Of a stretch of DNA of 64,000 bases, positions 47,050-56,289 are shown piece by piece. Position numbers and translations under genes: made by a program. A model generated the notes under the pieces. It was not told where the DNA came from, did not search any database, and saw nothing but the letters and a program-made list of their open reading frames with translations. How positions within the stretch are numbered: position 1 is the first letter of the stretch; every line of letters starts with the position of its first letter. The stretch is from IMG/VR virus record IMGVR_UViG_3300027996_002186, positions 372,001 through 436,000 of that record; one strand, written 5' to 3'.

Positions 47050-48114
47050 TTATTTTTTAGAATCTTCCGATGCTCTATCAGCTTTTGCTTTTACACCAGC
47101 AGCTTTAGCGTCTTCTTGCTCCTTATCCATTAACTTATTAGCCTTATCCTCAGTTGTTTCTTCTGTGGATTCATCAGTTTCCTCTTTAGGTTCTTCCTTA
47201 ACCTTAACTTTAAGTAAAATATCAGTAAGAGGTTTTGTTATATCTTTATCATCTTTATTCTTGAATGTGAAATTATCACCATCAATTTTAGTAATTGATT
47301 TACTACCAACTTGAACATCATCCCACTTATCCTCATCTGTTTTTTCTTCATCTGAAAGTTTATTCCATTCCTCTTCTTTGAAATCCTTTCTTTTATAAAT
47401 AACAACATCATCTTCTTTATACTCAACTGGTTTTCCAGTTTTTTCAAATTTAACCCAGTCTTCTCTTTGTTTCTCTCCAAGTGTTTTAGCTTCTATTTGT
47501 TTAGCTGCGGCTAGTTTCTTAGATTCTGGATCCTCTGATTTTTCTAAAGATGATATTTCAGCATTCAATAAATCCAATGTGAATTGATCCTTTTTAATAT
47601 TAATTATTATTTGTAATTGTGGGTTCTTAGAACCACCACCCTGTTTTACTAATACAGCATCCATCTCTTTAATAGCCATACCTTTCATTTGTACAATTAT
47701 CTTTTTTAAGATATCTTGCTTTTGTTTTAATATCTTAGGATCTACAGCTGGTTTCTTTTCGGCCTCTCCTGGTTTTTTATCAGTAGTTTCCTCTGCTCCT
47801 TCTTCTGCTACTGCTCCTTCTTCTCCTTCTTCTGCTACTGCTTCTTCTGCTTCGAATACTTTAGACTCTTTGACAGAAACTTTACCTAATTCTAAGTTTA
47901 AACCAGTTTGTTTAACAATAGCATCATTTATCAACTTCAGATATTTTTTATAAATAACCTCAATCTCATTACCACCCTGCGTCTTTCTTATATTTTCTCC
48001 AGCTTTTTTAAACATTTTTCCGAAGAATTTACCAATAGCACCAAGAAATTCTTCATTGACTGGTTTATTATTATTATTATTCTTGAAAGATTCAAAGGTT
48101 CTTACATATTTCAT
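47050..48114 (-). CDS. Putative internal virion protein, paralog of 45926-47038
   Basis: MKYVRTFESF..VNEE|FLGAIGKFFGKMFKKA; VIYKRKDF..EWNKLSDEEK. Confidence 0.75.
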   Translation of the reverse strand: MKYVRTFESFKNNNNNKPVNEEFLGAIGKFFGKMFKKAGENIRKTQGGNEIEVIYKKYLKLINDAIVKQTGLNLELGKVSVKESKVFEAEEAVAEEGEEGAVAEEGAEETTDKKPGEAEKKPAVDPKILKQKQDILKKIIVQMKGMAIKEMDAVLVKQGGGSKNPQLQIIINIKKDQFTLDLLNAEISSLEKSEDPESKKLAAAKQIEAKTLGEKQREDWVKFEKTGKPVEYKEDDVVIYKRKDFKEEEWNKLSDEEKTDEDKWDDVQVGSKSITKIDGDNFTFKNKDDKDITKPLTDILLKVKVKEEPKEETDESTEETTEDKANKLMDKEQEDAKAAGVKAKADRASEDSKK

Positions 48115-48202
48115 AATTTTATAATATTTTTATATAATCTATATATTAGTTTTCTAAACTATAATTTAATTTAAACATATAAACAAAAAGTATTATATAA
48201 TT

Positions 48203-48673
48203 ATGGAAAAGATAGATTCTTTAAATCAAGTGGCTGAATTCCACAAAACTTTCAAAGCTCCCATTTTAGATACCCCACAAATACCAGGTGAGGATAGATG
48301 TGAACTACGTGTAAACCTTCTACAAGAAGAATTAGATGAGTTATCACAAGCAATAAAAGAAAACGACCTTGTTGAGGTAGCTGATGCTCTTTGTGACTTA
48401 CAATATGTATTGTCTGGTGCAGTTCTTGAATTTGGTTTAGGTGATAAATTTGTTGAGTTATTCGATGAGGTACAAAGAAGTAATATGTCAAAGGCATGTG
48501 ATACAATGAAAGAAGCTTTGGCTACATTATCACACTACAAAAAGAAAGATGGTACAGAGGGTAATTATAAAGAAGTAAATGGTAAATATGTTGTTTACAG
48601 AAACTCTGATAATAAAGTATTGAAGTCAATTAACTACTCACCTACTAGTTTAAAAAACATAATAGAAGGATGA
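48203..48673 (+). CDS. MazG-like/PRA-PH nucleoside triphosphate pyrophosphohydrolase
   Basis: VAEFHKTF, LLQEELDEL, EVADALCDLQYV, EVQRSNMSK, KVLKS. Confidence 0.9.
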   Translation: MEKIDSLNQVAEFHKTFKAPILDTPQIPGEDRCELRVNLLQEELDELSQAIKENDLVEVADALCDLQYVLSGAVLEFGLGDKFVELFDEVQRSNMSKACDTMKEALATLSHYKKKDGTEGNYKEVNGKYVVYRNSDNKVLKSINYSPTSLKNIIEG

Positions 48674-49671
48674 AAACAATTTTAGTCACTGGTGGTGCTG
48701 GGTATATTGGATCACACACAATTTTAGAATTATTGAAAGAAGGAAGTGAAGAATGTGAAGTTTTAATACTTGATGACTTTTCTAATTCAAACCCTTTGAT
48801 TATTAATAAACTTAATAAGATGGTTAATAATGTAAAAGTGTATGCTAGAGATTGTAGAGATACAATAGATGATATATTAACTAATCATAAGATTGATGGT
48901 GTTATACATTTTGCAGCATCTAAAGCAGTTGGTGAATCGGTTAATAACCCATTAGAATATTATGATAATAACATTAATTCTTTATTAAATATTTTGGATG
49001 CTTGTAAAAGATTTGATATTAGAAGTTTAGTATTTTCATCTTCTTGTTCTCTTTATGGTGATGTTGATAAATTACCAGTAAATGAAGATACTGAGTTATC
49101 TGATCCACAATCACCATACGCTTATACTAAGTTGGTTGGTGAGAGAATAATATCAGATTTTTGTAATTCAAATTCGAATATTAGTGTTGTATCACTTAGA
49201 TACTTTAATCCTGTTGGTGCTCACGAAAGTGGAGAGATAGGAGAATATCCAATAACAAAACCAAATAATATACTTCCGGTTATATGTAACTCTGCTGATA
49301 CAGGAGAAGAAATGGTGGTGTTTGGTGATACTTATGATACTCGTGATGGTTCTTGTATAAGGGATTATGTTCATGTCTCAGATATAGCTAGAGCTCATGT
49401 TGACTCTCTTAATTATATGTCATCAAATGTTGGTATTTGTGATGTTATTAATTTAGGATCAGGTGATGGTGTTTCTGTTTTAGAGTTGATTAAAACATTT
49501 GAAGAGGTAAATGGTGTTAATATAAACTATAAAATAAGTGATGCGAGAGAAGGTGATATAGTTCAAATATACTCTGATTCATCAAAAGCTAAAAAACTTT
49601 TGGGATGGGAAACTAAATATGATATTAAAGATATGGTATCATCTGCTTGGAAATGGCATAAAAACTTGTAA
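48670..49671 (+). CDS. galE: UDP-glucose 4-epimerase
   Basis: TGGAGYIGSH, HFAASKAVGES, SSS, YAYTK, LRYFNPVGAH, RDYVHVSD. Confidence 0.95.
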   Translation: MKTILVTGGAGYIGSHTILELLKEGSEECEVLILDDFSNSNPLIINKLNKMVNNVKVYARDCRDTIDDILTNHKIDGVIHFAASKAVGESVNNPLEYYDNNINSLLNILDACKRFDIRSLVFSSSCSLYGDVDKLPVNEDTELSDPQSPYAYTKLVGERIISDFCNSNSNISVVSLRYFNPVGAHESGEIGEYPITKPNNILPVICNSADTGEEMVVFGDTYDTRDGSCIRDYVHVSDIARAHVDSLNYMSSNVGICDVINLGSGDGVSVLELIKTFEEVNGVNINYKISDAREGDIVQIYSDSSKAKKLLGWETKYDIKDMVSSAWKWHKNL

Positions 49672-49695
49672 TAACTAATAATTTTAATTACCTTT

Positions 49696-50076
49696 ATGTA
49701 TATGATTTCAAATAAATCGAAAAAAAGAAAACAACATCAAAAAGAATTAAACTCTCTTAGAAATAGGATGGGTTCTAATATCGTTTGGTTTAATTCTCTT
49801 TCTGAAAAAAACCAGTGTGATATATTATTTCAATGGAAAAAAGAAAAATATCATAATAAATTAACACAACCAGAAAAGGTTATAGATAAACTATTCCTAC
49901 CAAGAAATAGAAAACCACTAAGATATGGATATGGTAATAAAAGGTTCAAATGGGTTGAGCGAATAAATTACCCACCAAATATAAAACATTTCATCAATAG
50001 TGTGAAGTTACGTTACAAACCAAATGTGGTTCAGTTACGTGAATCTGCTATTGACTTACTTTTAAAAAATAAATAA
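49696..50076 (+). CDS. Basic hypothetical protein, C-terminal tag variant
   Basis: Ends LRESAIDLLLKNK; start may be 49702. Confidence 0.7.
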   Translation: MYMISNKSKKRKQHQKELNSLRNRMGSNIVWFNSLSEKNQCDILFQWKKEKYHNKLTQPEKVIDKLFLPRNRKPLRYGYGNKRFKWVERINYPPNIKHFINSVKLRYKPNVVQLRESAIDLLLKNK

Positions 50077-50081
50077 ATAAT

Positions 50082-51065
50082 ATGAAAATTTTCAACGGAT
50101 CAACTAGTGAGAAATTAGCAAATAGTATTTGTAATATACTATGTGTAGAGTTTGACATCGATATCAAACCAGGCAAACTAAAGATAGACAAGTTCTTAGA
50201 TGGTGAGATATTGCCATTATTCGAAGAGACTGTTAGAGATGAAGATGTTTTCTTTATTCAATCAACAATGTCTTCTGATACAATTATGGAAACTCTATTA
50301 ATAATAGATGCTGCTAAGAGAGCAGGGTGTAAATCATTTACGTTAGTTTCTCCGTTTCAAGGATATTCAAGACAAGATAAAACAGACCATTTGAGATCAT
50401 CTATTGGTTCTAAACTATTAGCCGATATATTAGAGAAAGCTGGTATGACGAGAATTATCACTATTGACTTACACGCATCTGCTATTCAGGGATTTTATAA
50501 TGTTCCGGTTGTTCACCTTAATGGTAACAAGATATTCATTGAACATATCAAAAATAACCAAATTGATGATTTAACTATTATTGCACCTGATCAAGGAGCT
50601 GTTAAGAGAGCAACAGATTTCTGTAAAGCTTTCCCTGAAGCAACATTTGCAATGATTAATAAGAAAAGAATTAAACCAAATGAAATTCACTCTATGGAAT
50701 TGGTTGGTGATGTTGAGGGTAGAAATGTTGTTATCGTTGATGATATGGCTGATACACTTGGTACATTAAAAAAAGCTAGTGAATTGGTTATGAAGATGGG
50801 AGCTAAGAGTGTTAGAGCAATAGCTACACATGGAGTATTGAGTGGTAAAGCACTTGATAATTTAGAAACATCTATGTTAACTGAGTTAATGGTTTCTGAT
50901 AGTATCTCAACAGTTGTTGATAAAAAGTTTAATGAGTCATTGAAAAACAGAGAAGGTGTTATGGGTGGTCAAAAATTAAACATCATTTCTTGTGATAGAA
51001 TTTTAGCTAAGTCTATTAATTTTATCTCAAAGAAAAAGAGTATTCATGAATTGAATATAGTGTAA
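50082..51065 (+). CDS. prs: Ribose-phosphate pyrophosphokinase
   Basis: FLDGE, YSRQDK, DLHASAIQGFY, APDQGAVKRA, VDDMADTLGTL, ATHGVLSG. Confidence 0.95.
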   Translation: MKIFNGSTSEKLANSICNILCVEFDIDIKPGKLKIDKFLDGEILPLFEETVRDEDVFFIQSTMSSDTIMETLLIIDAAKRAGCKSFTLVSPFQGYSRQDKTDHLRSSIGSKLLADILEKAGMTRIITIDLHASAIQGFYNVPVVHLNGNKIFIEHIKNNQIDDLTIIAPDQGAVKRATDFCKAFPEATFAMINKKRIKPNEIHSMELVGDVEGRNVVIVDDMADTLGTLKKASELVMKMGAKSVRAIATHGVLSGKALDNLETSMLTELMVSDSISTVVDKKFNESLKNREGVMGGQKLNIISCDRILAKSINFISKKKSIHELNIV

Positions 51066-51080
51066 AAAATAATAATTAGT

Positions 51081-51446
51081 ATGAAAGTATTTTTAGTAGA
51101 TATAGATGGAACCTGTTGTGATGATATTAGTAATGAAGATTCACACTTATATGCAACTGCAAAAGTTATTGAGGGTTCATTAGAACAAATTAATAAGTGG
51201 TATGATGATGGACATCATATTACATTTTTCACGGCTCGTGAATCAAAAGATAGAGATGTTACAATAAAATGGTTAGATGATAATGGGTTTAAATATAATG
51301 GCCTAATAACAGATAAACCAAGGTGTAAAGGTGAGGATGATGAATATATCTGGATAGATAATCGTAAAGTACGCGGGATAACATATAGTGAAGTGTGGGG
51401 AGATTTGAAGAAAGTGAATAAAGAAATTTTAACATTCGGAGACTAA
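51081..51446 (+). CDS. Small HAD-superfamily phosphatase
   Basis: LVDIDGT, FFTAR, KP, WIDN. Confidence 0.85.
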   Translation: MKVFLVDIDGTCCDDISNEDSHLYATAKVIEGSLEQINKWYDDGHHITFFTARESKDRDVTIKWLDDNGFKYNGLITDKPRCKGEDDEYIWIDNRKVRGITYSEVWGDLKKVNKEILTFGD

Positions 51447-51460
51447 AAATAACCTTTGTA

Positions 51461-51754
51461 ATGAATGAGTGGGTAATAAAAGATATGATAAAACGAGGAA
51501 TAATCTCCTTTAGTAAGGGAGATGAGGTCGTTCTATTGAAGAGAAAAAAAAATGGTTATCCAAAATCTGTTAAGGGAGATGAGGTTTATATAATCACTCA
51601 TATAGAAAATGATAATATAACTATTGCTCAACATTCCACTGATGGTGTTGGTTGGGTAAACCATAATAAAGTAAATAAAATATATCTAATAAATAAATCA
51701 AAATTAAGAGATATCAAAATAAACTCTATACTGAATGAAACAAATCGGTTATAG
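51461..51754 (+). CDS. Hypothetical protein with RxxKI tag
   Basis: Ends LRDIKINSILNE. Confidence 0.7.
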   Translation: MNEWVIKDMIKRGIISFSKGDEVVLLKRKKNGYPKSVKGDEVYIITHIENDNITIAQHSTDGVGWVNHNKVNKIYLINKSKLRDIKINSILNETNRL

Positions 51755-51784
51755 TAGATATAAATAAAAAATAATAATATTTAA

Positions 51785-52963
51785 ATGGGGAAATTAGCGC
51801 TTAATTTCATATGTAAGGACGAATCACATGTGATAGGAAAGATGTTAGAAAGTGCAAAATCATTCACTGATCTAATTGTCGTAACAGATACCGGATCTAC
51901 TGATGGTACACAGGATATAATAAGAAAGTTCGGAGAAGATAACAACATACCAACGTATGTTTATGATAGACCGTTTGATAACTTTGAAAATAGTAGAAAC
52001 CATTCAATGGAGAAGCTAAGAGAGGTTGTTAAAGAATTGGATTGGAATGCAGATAAAACATACGGGTATTGGTTTGATTGTGATGAAACTGTAATCATAC
52101 AGCCAAAATTCGATAAGAGACAATTCACAAAAGATTTATATATGATGAATACGTATATCGGTCAAATGAAATATACTAGAAATACTTTCTTTAGAGTGTC
52201 TAAGCCATTTAAGTGGTATGGTCCTGTTCATGAATTTATCATATGTGAAGATAAGAATATTACCTCGGCACTTGCTGAGAATATTCATGTTGATGTTAAG
52301 ATGACTGGTAACTCTTGGCAAGGTGATATACCAGCTAAATATAAATCTCATGCTCACGTATTAGAAAATTATATTGATAATGATAGAAAAGATCCAAGGT
52401 GGATTTTCTATACAGCTCAATCATATCATGATTCAGCATCTTTACCAAATAACAAAGACGAGAATGAAGAAAGGTTAAGAAGATCTCTTAAATATTATAG
52501 AGAAAGAACTTCTAGGCCTGATGGTTATGCTGAAGAAATTTACTATTCACAATTTAGAATAGGAACAGTTATGAGACTTCTTGAAGAACCTTGGTCTTTA
52601 ACACATCAAGAGTGTTTGAAAGCTTATTCTATGGATCCAATGAGAGGTGAGTCTATAAAAACAATAATAGATTATTACTTACAAGTTGGTGAATGGCATA
52701 TGGCTTATCTTTATACGAAGTTCTGTAAGGTTAATTTCCACGGTAAAAATCCTTATCCTAAGAGATTATTATTTGTTGATGAGGCTCTTTATACTTGGAA
52801 GTTTGCTGAGGCACACGCCGCGGCTAGTTTTTATACTGGTAGAATGGATGAAGCTAAGGCTAATTTTCAAGAGATAGTCAATTTAGTTAAAACACAACCA
52901 CAATCTTTTACTCCGGATGATTTGAAGAAGATTGAAACAAATGGTCAATTCTTTAATAAATAA
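51785..52963 (+). CDS. GT2-like glycosyltransferase with TPR-like C-terminal region
   Basis: ICKDES, DTGSTDGT, NFENSRN, FDCDE, GPVHE; helical FYTAQSY.. repeats. Confidence 0.85.
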   Translation: MGKLALNFICKDESHVIGKMLESAKSFTDLIVVTDTGSTDGTQDIIRKFGEDNNIPTYVYDRPFDNFENSRNHSMEKLREVVKELDWNADKTYGYWFDCDETVIIQPKFDKRQFTKDLYMMNTYIGQMKYTRNTFFRVSKPFKWYGPVHEFIICEDKNITSALAENIHVDVKMTGNSWQGDIPAKYKSHAHVLENYIDNDRKDPRWIFYTAQSYHDSASLPNNKDENEERLRRSLKYYRERTSRPDGYAEEIYYSQFRIGTVMRLLEEPWSLTHQECLKAYSMDPMRGESIKTIIDYYLQVGEWHMAYLYTKFCKVNFHGKNPYPKRLLFVDEALYTWKFAEAHAAASFYTGRMDEAKANFQEIVNLVKTQPQSFTPDDLKKIETNGQFFNK

Positions 52964-53006
52964 TATATCATATACTGGTAAATTATGTTAGTAACAATAA
53001 GTAGAT

Positions 53007-53486
53007 ATGATTAAGATAATTGTAGCAACTTCGAAAAATAGAGTCATTGGTAATGATAACTCTTTGATATGGAATTTACCATCAGATTTGAAGCACTTCA
53101 AGAAACTAACAACTGATAATTCAATTGTTATGGGTAGGAAGACTTATGAATCAATTGGTAGACCTTTACCAAATAGAAGAAATATAATAATAACAAGACA
53201 AGAAGATTATGAGGTGGATGATTGTGAGGTTGTTGGTTCATTAGAAGAAGCTTTATTATTATGTGGTTCTAATTGTTTTATAATTGGTGGAGGTGAGATA
53301 TATAAACAGTCAATTAATATAGCTGATAAAATATATCTCACCCTTATTGATGAGGAGTTTGAAGGAGATACTTATTTTCCTGAGATTGATGAGGATTGGG
53401 TAGAAGTGATAAGAGAGAATAAAGAACAGGATGATAAAAACGAGTATAATTATTCATTTATAGAATATGAAAGATATAAATTTTAA
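53007..53486 (+). CDS. folA: Dihydrofolate reductase
   Basis: VIGNDNSLIW, DLKHFK, VMGRKTYESI, PLPNR, IIGGGEIY, GDTYFP. Confidence 0.97.
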   Translation: MIKIIVATSKNRVIGNDNSLIWNLPSDLKHFKKLTTDNSIVMGRKTYESIGRPLPNRRNIIITRQEDYEVDDCEVVGSLEEALLLCGSNCFIIGGGEIYKQSINIADKIYLTLIDEEFEGDTYFPEIDEDWVEVIRENKEQDDKNEYNYSFIEYERYKF

Positions 53487-54042
53487 GGGTAAATTAATAA
53501 TGATAATGGGTCCTCCTGCTAGTGGTAAATCAACATTAGCTTCTGAGGTACACACTGAATTGAAAAAGAGAAATATTAATTCTGTTTTTGTAGGTGAATC
53601 TGCAACTGATTATATTGCTGAGTATGGTATTCCAGATTCACCTAATGATCAAATGGTTATCTTTTATAAACAATTGAATAAGGAATTAATGTTTTTAGAT
53701 AGTAAGGATTATATAATATGTGATTCTAGTTCGATTCTAAATTATTTCTATTTCAGAAATTTATTCGATTCTAAACTATCTAATAAAGATATAGCATCAA
53801 TAAATCATTTACAGAAGGAAATATTAAAACACATAAATACGATTGATGAAATATTTTATGTACCAGCTATGTCAGTTAATGATAGTGATGATGGTATTAG
53901 ATTTCATGATAAAGGTGAGATTGAGAAGTTAGGAACTTGGATAAAGTCTTATTTAGAAATAGAAAATATAAAACATATTGATTTATCTAATGAGAATATG
54001 GATAATAGAGTTGATTTTATAATAAAAAGTTTAATAAAATAA
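53467..54042 (+). CDS. P-loop kinase/ATPase, AAA_28/NadR-like
   Basis: GPPASGKST, ESA, ICDSS, DDGIR. Confidence 0.75.
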   Translation: MKDINFKGKLIMIMGPPASGKSTLASEVHTELKKRNINSVFVGESATDYIAEYGIPDSPNDQMVIFYKQLNKELMFLDSKDYIICDSSSILNYFYFRNLFDSKLSNKDIASINHLQKEILKHINTIDEIFYVPAMSVNDSDDGIRFHDKGEIEKLGTWIKSYLEIENIKHIDLSNENMDNRVDFIIKSLIK

Positions 54043-54044
54043 AT

Positions 54045-54239
54045 ATGATAATAATTAAAACAGAAAAGAAAATTGGTGAATTTTTAGATAACTCATCCGT
54101 TGATAATATTCCTTTAAGAAGAATCAATTCTTTGGATGAATTAAAAGAATTTGAAGATGACGATTACCAAATAATAAAAATGCCATCGACACCGATTATA
54201 GATATAGAAAAGGCTAAAGGAAATTCTTTTAGAAGGTAG
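54045..54239 (+). CDS. Small hypothetical protein
   Basis: 64-aa ORF at end of operon. Confidence 0.55.
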   Translation: MIIIKTEKKIGEFLDNSSVDNIPLRRINSLDELKEFEDDDYQIIKMPSTPIIDIEKAKGNSFRR

Positions 54240-54240
54240 A

Positions 54241-54672
54241 TTATTTATAAACCTTAAATGGAAGACTTTTAGATTTATAACCTTTAAAATCCTCTCTAAA
54301 CTCTTCAAGTCTAGGTTCTATCTCGTCAGATTTTATTATCCAAAATTGAGCACCAGCTGCTATTGCTTTCGCTTTTTCGGATTCCTCGTTGGATGAGGAT
54401 ATTATTCCGACAACCACCTCATTTCCGTATTCAAAATTTATCTTTCTAATCAATTCTATACCATCGAAAGAACTACCTAATATATTTAAATCTATAAAGG
54501 CACAACTAGGTTTTCCTTTACCACTCTCAAACCATTCTTTAAACATATTACTAGCATCATCTGAACTAGACACACTTGTAAGGCTTAATGTTATATCTAA
54601 AAGACTGCAAGCGTCTTCGAAGACTAGGTGGAATAAGTCTTCATCATCTACTAATAATATTGAATCAATCAT
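54241..54672 (-). CDS. Single-domain response regulator receiver
   Basis: LLVDDED, FIDLNI (phospho-Asp), ISSS, IIKS; start overlaps the kinase stop. Confidence 0.9.
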   Translation of the reverse strand: MIDSILLVDDEDLFHLVFEDACSLLDITLSLTSVSSSDDASNMFKEWFESGKGKPSCAFIDLNILGSSFDGIELIRKINFEYGNEVVVGIISSSNEESEKAKAIAAGAQFWIIKSDEIEPRLEEFREDFKGYKSKSLPFKVYK

Positions 54673-55925
54673 AATGGTATTTCTATTTTTATTTTAGTTC
54701 CTATTTTTATTTTTTCACTACTAACACCAAAACCATGTTCTTTCATTATCGCTAAACATATGTTTAACCCTAATCCCGTTCCAGACTCTTGTTGTTTATT
54801 TTTTCTTATATATGGTTTAGATAAGTCTTCAAATTCCTTTTGCGACATCCCTCTTCCATTGTCTTCTATTATTAGTAAATTTCTATACGAACCTCTATCT
54901 TTATTGTATTTCGCTTCATCCATATATATCTTAACTAACTTTGAATCACTGTCATTATATTTTAACCCATTTCTTATTAGGTTATCTACAGCAGTACAAA
55001 ATAAAGATTCATTAACGTTACATTCTATTAAATTTTCTATAATAACTTGTTTTGAGTATGCGGTAGTACTTAGGTGTGATTTTAATATATCCTTTAAATT
55101 AAAAATTTCTCTTTCTAATGTAGCATCTTTTTTAACAAGATTTGTAAATTCTTTAACACCAGTATATACTTTTTGTGAGTGTTTTAACCCTTCCTCTATT
55201 AACTTTAAAGAGGATTCTAGTTTTAATTTTTTAATAATTTCGGGAGACATCTTTCTTTTTAAAGAACGTAAACCTCTTGGCATATAGGTGTTTATCCCAC
55301 TATGCATATCGTGTCTTAATATTTTTGCAGCATGTTCTAGGTAGGAGTTGGTTTTTTCTATCTCAGCTTTTTGTTCTACCATTTCTGTTATATTGTTTAC
55401 TACTTTTAGTATCTTATAACATTTACCATTACCATCTAGAATAGGGTTGTAATTACCATTGATGTGAACCTCATCACCTTCACTATCTATTCTCACAAAT
55501 TCACCACTTTTAAATTCACCATCTCTTAAATCTTTCCAAAACTTTTTATATTTAAGTGTGTTTTTATATTCATGTTTAACGAACATACTATGATGTTTAC
55601 CTTTAACCTCTTCTATTGTATAACCAAATATGTCTAGGAAATTTTGGTTTGCTTTAATTACGTGTCCATCAGGACAAAATTCTATTACAGAATTAGATTT
55701 GTTAATAGCGTCTAACATGTTGGAATTGAAATTGGAGTTATTACCTATATTTTCTTTTAGTATAATACAAAAAGGTGGTAAAAATAATAACAAACTAATA
55801 AACTCATACCAATCTGTATATACCGAAGAATTAATAAATCCAGATAACAACATAACTTTAACTACAAAAAAAGTAATTATAATAAGGAAAGATGTGTAAA
55901 TTGATATGTGGAAACTTTTGTTCAT
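54669..55925 (-). CDS. Membrane PAS/PAC sensor histidine kinase
   Basis: Two TM helices; PAS AINKSNSVIEF..ANQNFL..GKHHSMFV..FWKDL..YNPILD; H-box LRHDMH, N-box NLIRNGLKY, DNGRGM, GTGLGL. Confidence 0.92.
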   Translation of the reverse strand: MNKSFHISIYTSFLIIITFFVVKVMLLSGFINSSVYTDWYEFISLLLFLPPFCIILKENIGNNSNFNSNMLDAINKSNSVIEFCPDGHVIKANQNFLDIFGYTIEEVKGKHHSMFVKHEYKNTLKYKKFWKDLRDGEFKSGEFVRIDSEGDEVHINGNYNPILDGNGKCYKILKVVNNITEMVEQKAEIEKTNSYLEHAAKILRHDMHSGINTYMPRGLRSLKRKMSPEIIKKLKLESSLKLIEEGLKHSQKVYTGVKEFTNLVKKDATLEREIFNLKDILKSHLSTTAYSKQVIIENLIECNVNESLFCTAVDNLIRNGLKYNDSDSKLVKIYMDEAKYNKDRGSYRNLLIIEDNGRGMSQKEFEDLSKPYIRKNKQQESGTGLGLNICLAIMKEHGFGVSSEKIKIGTKIKIEIPL

Positions 55926-55998
55926 AACTTATTAATTTTATTTAATCGATGAACAGGTTTGAGTTATATCGGAAATCTATCCCAAACCATCTCGAACA

Positions 55999-56277
55999 TC
56001 ACATTTGGTCAAGATTATCATCGGTATATTCACCCGGATAGTCGTCTTCGTCCTCACCAAGTATAGTATTGATTACTTCTCTAGTATATTTATCTGTCAG
56101 AAATGAGACAAAATTATCTAAGGTTGTATGACAAGATGAGTGTACATCATTTTCTTTATGAAAATCATCTAAGTCTGTGAAAAAATCTAAGGTTTTCCAT
56201 GGTCCTTCTTCCTCTTCTTGCATCTCTAAAATTCGATTGACTTTAGTATTTTCATTAAACCTATTTATATGTTTCAT
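55999..56277 (-). CDS. Small acidic protein, CTS-like N-terminus
   Basis: MKHINRFNEN. Confidence 0.7.
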   Translation of the reverse strand: MKHINRFNENTKVNRILEMQEEEEGPWKTLDFFTDLDDFHKENDVHSSCHTTLDNFVSFLTDKYTREVINTILGEDEDDYPGEYTDDNLDQM

Positions 56278-56289
56278 AATCTTTTATTT

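Noticed and set aside
50082-54042. NAD+ reconstitution (NARP1-type) pathway from prs plus the NadR-like kinase
   Set aside because: No nicotinamide phosphoribosyltransferase-like partner is in the window, and Prs looks like an ordinary host-type enzyme.
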